Origin: Octopus vulgaris
Taxonomy: Eukaryota
Length of the DNA stretch: 64,000 nt
Direction of reading: 5' to 3'
Assembly (NCBI GenBank): GCA_951406725.2
Contig: OX597837.1
Coordinates: forward strand, 4,092,001 to 4,156,000
Under the pieces are notes generated by a model. The model ran no database searches. It worked only from the letters and a program-made list of their open reading frames with translations, and was not told the origin of the DNA. Position 1 is the stretch's first letter. Each line of letters begins with the position of its first letter. Both the position numbers and the translations under genes were made by a program. Of the stretch, positions 55,408 through 64,000 are shown in pieces.

Positions 55408-56747
55408 TTAAACTTAAATGTTGAAGTGATTCGAACGGCTTTTGTGTGTTTCTTAGATGGCTTACAAACACCTTCCACGCTGCAATTGTTTTCGTTTCAG
55501 CACACGATCTCAGATCAAATAACTTGCTATGCAAGTACATCTCCGTAATTTTAATCAATGTTTTCCCAGAATATGTTACCAATTCCGAACAATTCATAGA
55601 AAAGTGGCAGGAAGTGTATTCTTCATTGTATGTGCCATCATGCATTATAAACGAAGGGGTAATTGCTTTGTCATTTTCCAAAAGGTTCCAGGAAACAACA
55701 AGGTAATTGCAGATTCCCAACACAAACAGACGTTCATTATCAATTATGTTGGAGTTAGAAAAATCCAATATATATTCGCTGGTCAAAAATGTATGAAGTC
55801 TCGTTTACAAACGTGCTAAACATGAAGCAGCAAAATTGAGAGGATTGCTCTGCAGTTTCTTATATATTTCATTGTATTAAAGGCCCGGGGCCTGAAATTT
55901 AGAGGGAAGAGGCTAGCTAATCACAATTTCTTCCCCCGGTTCAACTGGTATATATTTTATCGATCCCGAAAGGATGAAAGACAAAATCGATTTGTACAAA
56001 TTGAACTCAGAACGTGAAGTCAGAACACATGATACTAAGCAATTTGTCCGGCGTGTTTGCTTGTACCGAATATTTTGCCAGTTCGCCTGTGCCAAACATT
56101 AAACTGGAAAATTTGAAAGTTTACTCCAAAAATGCTACGATAATTATAATGAATAAATGCGGGTGGAGTACCAGCGATGTGGGGTGTCATCGATGTAGTT
56201 TTACCGCAGTTAACCGGGTCCTGGAATTTTCCCAATTATTTTTGAAAAGACTGGTTCATGCAAACTATAAACAAATCTGACACCTTCAAGATTTTGCAGA
56301 TAAAGTCCATTTAAAAAATTCCGCTAAATGACATAACGTAACACGTATGTACTATATGTGCTGGGGCTGGTTTGCCACTAAAACTCCAGGTTGAACTACA
56401 ACCAAAACAGAGGTGGTGTTGTAGCAGCCTAGCTAATAATGGCTGTAAGTGGTTCATCATTGAGCGGATGGGAATGACCAAGTTTAAAAATCTGCTGGAT
56501 CTCACTCATATGGGAATCTTACATTGCTTATAAACTCTATATTTGGATGGACTCATTTTAAACTCTGTTGGACTTTTTGAACTTTACTCAAAGGATATTG
56601 GAATATTGCATATATACCATTATGCCTAAAAAATGGATTTACAACTTCAATACCCATTCATATCTTGCATCTATTTTCTTTCCTCCACCTCACTCTCTAT
56701 GTTGTATCACATCTAAACTAACTATGACTTAATTATCCTTTCACACC

Positions 56748-56799
56748 GTCTCTGATGAAGGGATATTATTAATAAATATCCTAGAAACAGCTGTAAGAC
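56748..56799 (+). ncRNA. Minimal type-I hammerhead ribozyme motif
   Basis: gtct-CTGATGA-ag-ggatatt...aatatcc-ta-GAAA-cagct-GTA-agac, with palindromic stem III ACAGCTGT. Lies ~70 bp upstream of a (TA)n tract. Confidence 0.75.
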
Positions 56800-56866
56800 C
56801 TTCTATCTATAAATGCTCTAATATCTATACAGCCTTGTTTTTTTTTTATCTTATTACGCAAAAAAT

Positions 56867-56927
<61 letters not shown>

Positions 56928-57121
56928 AGAGAAAATGAATTATAAAAATATGTGGTATCAGTTTAGAGCATGTAATTATAATTCAAACATAATTGCCGGG
57001 TAAATAAGAGTAAATAAAGGATTCTGAAATCTTGATATCTACAAACACTGTATATATGTGAACATCTGATTGTGGTAATGGACCTGCATTTACGATTCCC
57101 AACTGAGATGTGGGCTTTATT

Positions 57122-57251
57122 CTTTTACTCTTTTACTTGTTTCAGTCATTTGACTGTGGCCATGTTGGACCACCGCCTTTTCCCGAACCGCTACGTTACG
57201 TCCACGTAAGGAAAAAGAGCACCGGTTTTCAAGCGGCTTGGGAAACACAGG

Positions 57252-57307
<56 letters not shown>

Positions 57308-57580
57308 CGCACACACACACACAAACACGCACACACACACAAACACACACACACACACTCACACACAAACACACCCACAAGCACACACACACATATATAC
57401 ATGTATATTTAAGACGGGTTTTCTTTAGTCTCCGTTTATCAAGTTTACTCCCAAGGCATTAGTCAACAGCCAGGGATTATTGTAGAAGACACTCGCTCAA
57501 GGTGCCGTGCAGTGGAACTGAACCAGAAATCATGCGGTTGCCAAACGAGCTTCTGAACCCCTCAGTCATACATGCACCTA
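57122..57580 (-). mobile_element. Diverged SINE family A
   Basis: Reverse-complement tail at 57122-57180, head at 57410-57580, (CA)n in between. Confidence 0.7.
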
Positions 57581-58647
57581 TATAAGGTCATCGATAGATG
57601 AAACTAGAACTAAAAACCGGCAGAGGGCTGACACAATAAATTTCACAAAACAACAAGAGAAGATATTTGTTGCTGGTTGATTTAGAAAATGGACCTATAG
57701 GGCAGAGGGTTTGCGATATCTCAAGTTAATGGTAATCGTCAATGTTTATGAAGAAGACTGTAGCAGAAAATTACCGAATAAGGAAGCCATTTTCGTAATA
57801 TCTAGAATTCAGGGAAAGTGGTCAAATCTTATTATGTCTAAAAGCCGTAGGATGTTATTTATGTTCCATCTGCAAAATGAAAGTGATTGTCACATTTTTA
57901 TAAGATCGCACAGTTGGTTCCTTTTCAGCTTTGTTTCATAACAAGATTTATAGCCATTCTCATTTAAAATTTTCATAAATACAAACCTATATACTGATAT
58001 ATCGGTTGTCAGTGATTGACTTATAGCGACAAATATATTCTAAATAATGCAACACGTCAGCAAGACCATATTTTCTCCATGATGAGTTTGCTCTACGCCG
58101 CTAGTGTCCTATACAGTAGTGTTTACGATTATATACCTCATATGAAATGAGGAAATACATTATATTCTCAACAATATATGTGATGAGTAGACTCAGTAGA
58201 GCCAAATGTTTCCAATGACGAAATTTGAATTCATCTGGAGACCTACCATCTCGATGGAACAACAAATCATTAGGGCGACTGAATTTAATTTAAATATCGT
58301 TGCTAGTATTAACAGATCGAGGTATTACATTTGGATTACCTTACTGGTTTCTATCCATATTGTTTGATCTCAAAGCTCCCTGATCGAATATATCTTTGAT
58401 TAAATGATTTTTACTAATATATCTGATCAAACACCCCCGTCTTTTTTTATATCGTAGAATAGGATTTCAAGAATTGACGGTTATTTATTGTAAGCAATTC
58501 GGGCCATAAAGATATTCCGTACATGTTCAATTAATACAGGTGGTAAATGTACAGCTAAGATAGGTGAAACATCTCGGTTTTGTCTTCGCATCCTGTAACG
58601 TAATCTAAATCAAGATGGAGGGATCTAACACTAGCCTTATTGTAAGG

Positions 58648-58910
58648 TATGTTTCCCGGTTTCCTTGGCGCATAGGTTCCCCACCTTGACGGGACGCTGG
58701 TCCCGCGTCAGGTGAGCTGCAAGATGCAGGAGGAAAGAGTGAGAGAAAGTTGTGGCGAAAGAGTCAGTATAAGTTCGTCTTTACCTTTTGCCGGAGCCAC
58801 GTGCAGCTTAGGTGTTTCGCTCATAAACACACACATCGCTCGGTCTGAGAATCGAACCCGCGATCCGCCGACAGCCAGTCCGCTGCTCTCACCATTAGGC
58901 CATGTGCCTC
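58648..58910 (-). mobile_element. SINE family C (tRNA-derived)
   Basis: Head GGCACATGGCCTAATGGTGAGAGCAGCGGACT...GGGTTCGATTCTCAGACCG. Related heads at 41104-41252 and 59973-60048 (+). Confidence 0.75.
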
Positions 58911-58922
58911 CACTAACCTTAC

Positions 58923-58974
58923 TGTTAGGAAACAATGAACTAAATGAATCATTTTCTACAGCATTTTCTGCCAT
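58923..58974 (-). CDS. IYD: Candidate first coding exon of IYD (MAENAVENDSFSSLFPN)
   Basis: ATG at 58974-58972, 17 codons plus 1 nt, then donor A|GTAAGG. Phase 1 fits the 53093 acceptor (A+CG = Thr). No homology support. Confidence 0.4.
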
Positions 58975-59495
58975 TAAATTTATCGAATACACATTATTTG
59001 CAGGTTCTTACTGACTGAAAACATTACTTGTTACATAACTCTCCCAGTTTATGCAAAACCGGTCGCTACATGTTTAACAAGGAAATGGTGTGACGTGTGC
59101 AAAAACAAAAAAAAACTTGCAAAAGCAGCCGATCTGACTCTATATGCAATCATTAAGGAGGATGGATTTGGTATAAAGAAGGACCTACAAAACAAAAATG
59201 TAATGAGATACACAAAAATGCAGAGTATTGTAGAAAAAGCCGACAGGAAACGTTGGTGCTTCCTAGGGCTAAACAGCGGTGAGATAATTAGCTTACGGGA
59301 CTGTCACATTATGTTGACAGTATACAACCACTCTATCGCTCCACCACCGTTCATGTCTCTTTGAGACATTTAGAAATTCAATATTTCTAATGAAGGAGAG
59401 TATATTTTAGATTAAAGAAAAAATATTTTTTCTTAATTTTGAAAAAAATCGAAGTATAAAAAAACCGCATTATTTACGGGATGATCCAATATGGT

Positions 59496-59536
<41 letters not shown>

Positions 59537-59886
59537 CAATCAGCTCTAGAAATTGGTTGGTTCAGTGTAGAGCACTTCTCTTGCGTGTGTGATAAATATA
59601 TAAAATACCTGGATTTAATAGCTGCGTTTAATCTTTATCACATAAACTTGTTTAATAGAACTGTGTGCATATGTCGTCTGCAGGTGGTGAATTTGTTTCT
59701 GACGTCATCAAATGCCATTCATCTTATAGAAGGTATATTCAGGTTTAAAGTTTAATGGGACGGCTGTTTTGCCGAGAACATTGTATGGTAATATTCAAGC
59801 AGTTTCATATATTTTTCAGGAGGATTAAAAGAAAATATTCAAATGACATCATGCCCGATTCTATCCGGTAGATAACTGAATATACG

Positions 59887-59918
<32 letters not shown>

Positions 59919-60091
59919 TGTATGTATGTATGTATGTATGTATGTATGTATGTATATATATATATATATATGAGGCGCAATGGCCCAGTGGTTAGGGCAG
60001 CGGACTCGCGGTCGTAGGATCGCGGTTTCGATTCCCAGACCGGACGCCTATACATACATACATACATACATACATACATGCATGCATCCAT

Positions 60092-60116
<25 letters not shown>

Positions 60117-60122
<6 letters not shown>

Positions 60123-60306
60123 TATTCCTCGACTATCGCGGGTGAAAATCCGCGAAGCAGATATAGCACTGTATGTTTTTAAATTATTTTTATAAATTGT
60201 TTATATGTATTTTATTGTAAATGCAAAACAACACCACGGGGGAATCGACGTTAGCTTAAATCATAAACCGCGATAGGTGAACCGCGATAAGGCGAGGATT
60301 TACTGT
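60117..60306. mobile_element. Small MITE (Tc1/pogo-like termini)
   Basis: Imperfect TIRs cag..ttattcctcgactatcgcgg / ccgcgataaggcgaggatttactg-ta. Confidence 0.55.
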
Positions 60307-60400
60307 ATTTTTTTATTCTTTCATTCTTTTATTCGCTTCAGGTATGCAACTGCGATTCTGCTGAAGCACCATCGGGATTTTGGACGTTGATCTATGATTC

Positions 60401-61381
60401 ACAGGAGTGGCTGTGTGGTAAGTAGTTTGCATACCAACCACATAGTTCCGGTTTCATTCCCACTGCGTGGCACCTTGGGCAAGTGTCTTCTACTATAGCC
60501 TCGGGCCGACCAAAGCCTTGTGAGTGGATTTGGTAGACGGAAACTGAAAGAAGCCCGTCGTATATATGTATACTAGCAGTATCGCCCGGCGTTGCTCGGG
60601 TTTGTAAGGGAAATAACTATAAAGCATTTTTAGAGAGTTATAGCCAAAAAATAGAAAAAAATGGAAAAAAAATTATGGTAAATTTTTTTTGAGAGTTAAA
60701 AAGTCGAGTTGCGTCCCCTAGACAGTCTGTGGTTTGTGTTTCTGATTCTCGACCCCATGTCGAATTTATCGATTTTTTTCAGAACTGGGGGAACTTTTCA
60801 AAATTTTCGCTGCGTTAGTTTTGAATTATGACATTGGGCTATGTGTGTGTCAAGTTTCATCAGAATCGGTTGAAAGCCGTGGTCAGGGTGAGGGTACAAC
60901 CTGACAGCCACACAGACACACAGACAGACAAACTGCCGTTTATATAGATATATATATACATGTATGTGTGTGTATGTGTTTGTGTCTCTGTGTTTGTCCC
61001 CCCAGCATCACTCGACAACCGATGCTGGTGTGTTTACGTCACCATAATTTAGCGGTTCGGCAAAAGAGACCAATATAATAAGTACTAGGCTTACAAATAA
61101 TAAGTCCTGAGGTCGATTTGTTCGACTAAAGGCGGTGCTCCCACATGGCCACAGTGTGAAACAAGTAAAAGAGTATATATGTGTGGTGTGTGTATGTGTG
61201 CGCGTATATATATATATATACGACGAGATTCTTTCCGTTTCCGTCTACCAAATTCACTGACATGGCTTTTGTTGGCCCGTGGCTATAGTAGTAGACACTT
61301 GCCCAAGATTCCATGCAGTAGGACTGAACCAGGAGCCATGTGGTTGGTTAGCAAGCTACCTACCACACAGCCACTCCTGCG
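60401..61381. mobile_element. SINE family A (+, interrupted by a Helitron-like insert) followed by an inverted head
   Basis: Plus-strand copy at 60401-60572 and 60949-61154; minus-strand head at 61220-61381. Confidence 0.82.
60573..60948 (-). mobile_element. Non-autonomous Helitron-like element inside a SINE A
   Basis: Same ~31-nt 3' terminus (ctagcagtatcgcccggcgttgctcgggtttg) and TC 5' end as 8354-8739, but a largely different interior. Confidence 0.75.
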
Positions 61382-61809
61382 CTTTGGTAGGAATTTTGTT
61401 TTTTGATCATTGATTAGATGTCGTCTCCTTGTTCGATGAAAGAAATTACAGTCGCGATATGTGCATAGTCACGTGCGTAAAAAAAAATGGAGGCATATTT
61501 GCATATTTTTAAAATTTCGTTTTAGCTGAGTGAGTTTTTTAAGGGAAAGTGGATTGTAAAGAGGTTTAAGTTAAAATTTATTTGACTTCGATGAAATTGG
61601 GCAGTGGAGGCTGGAGTGGGAGGAAGAAGGTACGGTTGAGGTTGGACACTGGTAGTAGAAGCAGTAATGAAGTTAGTTGAATTTGGTAGTGTTGACGTTG
61701 AGGAATGGTGTGGTGGGCAAGGAAATAAATAAATTAGTGGTTGAGATTGGTTAAAGACAGAAATAGAGGGGAGTTGATGAGTTAAGTCAGTGAGAGAAGT
61801 GAAATCAGT

Positions 61810-62345
61810 TGTAGAAGAAGAAGAAGTAGAAGAAAAAGGAGGAGGAGAAGAAGAAGAAGAAGAAGAAGAAGAAGAAGAAGAAGAAGAAGAAGCAGAAGAA
61901 GAAGAAGAAGAAGAAGAAGAAGGTGAAGAAGAAGACGACGAAGAAGAAATTGAAGAAGCAGCAGCAGAAGAAGGAGAAGGAGGAGAAGAAGAAGAAGAAG
62001 TAGAAGAAGGAGGAGGAGGAGGAGAAGAAGAAGAAGGAGGAGGAGAAGGAGGAGAAGAAGAAGTAGTAGTAGTAGAAGTAGTAGTAGTTGTAGTAGTAGT
62101 AGTAGTAGTATTAGTAGTAGTAGTAATAGTAGTAGTAGCAGTTGTAGTTAACGTAAAAGAAAATGTAGTCTGGTGGCTTAGAGGACCTTGTCGCTGCTAT
62201 TGTTGAAATTGCTGAAATAGTTGTAATTGTTGTTGTTGTTGGCGATGTTCATGTTATTGTTGTTGTTATCGATATTGCTGCTGTTGGTGTTGCTGCTGTT
62301 CATGTTGTTTTTGTAGTAGATGATGGTTTTTTTGTTGTTGCAACT
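61810..62345. repeat. Compound trinucleotide microsatellite (GAA/GGA/GTA/GTT)
   Basis: Visible directly; explains the poly-E/poly-V ORF in the track. Confidence 0.9.
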
Positions 62346-63018
62346 ACTTATTACAGGCGGTGGATGTTGATAAAACATACATGGACGGTTTTTTGCGATT
62401 TTAATATCTTCTGCAAGTGGATAATAAGACTGAAGTCCGTCATATTCAATATGTACCAATGCAATGAACTAGATACCGTTATCTACCTTGTTCATTTACA
62501 CTTGTATCCATAAAATATTTCTTATTCATCTAAAGAAACTCTAATTCAACATTATACGATTACACACCTTTAGTACATTTCTCTGAAGTTATATTACTAC
62601 AAACTTGTGATGATACAGTTGTTTAGTCACGACAAGATGCTAATCTGTCTGTCTGTGATAGAAAGGTTTCTTCTTCATTTTACTCGCTCCAGCTTCCACT
62701 ATGACTGCGGCGGAATATTACGGTCTTCACCGAAGTATACCGCCGCTAAAATTACAGCTAATTCGAGGTGTGATATTTTAATGTCTAACTATGTAATTTT
62801 AATTACGATTTCATGTTGCAACAATTAAAGTAATTAATACACACACCCACACCCACACACAAGAAAAGGAAAGCATCAAACAATACAGAAAGTTTCAAAA
62901 CAAAGCGTTTATATTTCAAACGCAAAGGTAGGCCTTTGTGTCCAAAGTATAAAATGTTTTTACGGAGATGTACTCGCATAGCAAGTGATTTGATCTGAGA
63001 TCGTGTGCTGGAACGAAA

Positions 63019-63256
63019 ACAATTGCAGCGTGGAAGGTGTTTGTAAGCCATTTAAGAAGCACACAAAAGTCGTTCGATTCACTTCAACATTTAAGTTCGT
63101 CGCTTTAAGACCGCGACCTGTTCACTGACAAAAATCCGTGCGCGGATTTTAGCGAAGAAAATATTTTGACAAATTAAACTTAAATGTTGAAGTGAATCGA
63201 ACGGCTTTTGTGTGTTTCTTAAATGGCTTACAAACACCTTCCACGCTGCAATTGTT
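63019..63256. repeat. Palindromic copy of the 55345-55550 repeat with reciprocal deletions
   Basis: Arms at 63019-63097 and 63177-63256; centre aaaatccgtgcgcggatttt at 63131-63150. Confidence 0.85.
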
Positions 63257-63337
63257 ATAAAATGTTTTGGATATTTTTAAATTCTGCATTGTGAAATACT
63301 TACCTCTGTTCTCCTTTTATTCTTTCTCTCTCTCTCC

Positions 63338-63374
<37 letters not shown>

Positions 63375-63375
63375 A

Positions 63376-63411
<36 letters not shown>

Positions 63412-63469
63412 CATCCATCCATCCATATCTATCTATCCATCCATCCATCCATCCATACCTTGTAATTGT

Positions 63470-63531
<62 letters not shown>

Positions 63532-63555
63532 CATCCATTCATCCATCATCCATCC

Positions 63556-63615
<60 letters not shown>

Positions 63616-63616
<1 letters not shown>

Positions 63617-64000
63617 CGGAGGTGCTGTCACTTCGGCTCCGAAGGTAATCGTTTATTTTGACTATTTATAGCCTATATTTTGTGTACATTTTTGCAAATA
63701 AGGTGTGTAAGGCACCCAACTTTCGTTTGAGTGCTTTTCCAAGGGAAGAATTCGCCCCTAGGGGCAGTTTCAACCCCATTTCATTTCTTCTTAATTTTCT
63801 TCTCGACATTAGAAAATGTCGCGAAATTTTATTATAGAACGATGGTCGCGTTCCTTTATGGACCAGCATTTTCCTAGTTTGGAAACGCTAGGAGAAGAAA
63901 AAAGGAACTCATGCACGCAAAGTGCAAACATGAATAACGTTTAAATGAACGCTGCAACAACGTGCAGTAACAGCCCTGTCACCACCCCCAATAACAACAG
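63616..64000 (+). mobile_element. 5' end of a second copy of the Tx1-clade LINE (runs off the window)
   Basis: High identity to the reverse complement of ~25360-25743 (CGGA.GTGCTGTCA.TTCGGCTCCGAAGGTAATCG..., ORF1 start ATGTCG). Directly preceded by (TATC)n at 63338-63615. Has a TAA in the ORF1 frame near 63942. Confidence 0.92.

Noticed and set aside
55361-55819. 141-aa minus-strand and overlapping plus-strand ORFs
   Set aside because: They span a repeat shared with 62960-63256 and have no recognisable domain.
59973-60048. tRNA-like sequence (also 41104-41175 and 46293-46360)
   Set aside because: A/B boxes are present but I find no convincing cloverleaf, and the sequence continues into or matches SINE bodies, so these are SINE heads.
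61790-62206. 138-aa poly-Glu/poly-Val ORF
   Set aside because: Entirely GAA/GGA/GTA repeat, with a GTG start.
62381-62468. Possible minus-strand exon FIALVHIEYDGLQSYYPLAEDIKIAKNRP with a phase-1 donor (T|GTATGT) compatible with IYD
   Set aside because: Weak acceptor, no start codon and no recognisable homology; cannot be supported without transcript data.

Overview
This is AT-rich, microsatellite-saturated animal genomic DNA; the SINE families and repeat landscape suggest an octopus or other coleoid cephalopod (inference). Most ORFs in the supplied track are translations of simple repeats. One host gene is well supported: a spliced iodotyrosine deiodinase (IYD, nitroreductase/FMN family) on the minus strand, with four GT-AG coding exons between 53093 and 37178 and a candidate first exon at 58923-58974. 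The rest is mostly mobile DNA. It includes a near full-length Tx1/L1-clade LINE inside a (GATA)n tract plus two more copies with the same junction type, an R4/Dong-like fragment in (TAA)n, CR1/RTE/mariner/Tc1/Helitron relics, a solo LTR and at least three tRNA-derived SINE families. Three structures stand out. (1) The Tx1 element appears to target (TATC)n/(GATA)n microsatellites. (2) Several palindromic, mostly (TA)n-associated elements carry minimal type-I hammerhead ribozyme motifs with self-complementary stem III (Penelope/retrozyme-like), including a G3-C8 core variant. (3) Two SINE families have 3' tails matching LINE ends in this same window, one of them the Tx1 element. All calls come from reading by eye; no searches or folding programs were run.
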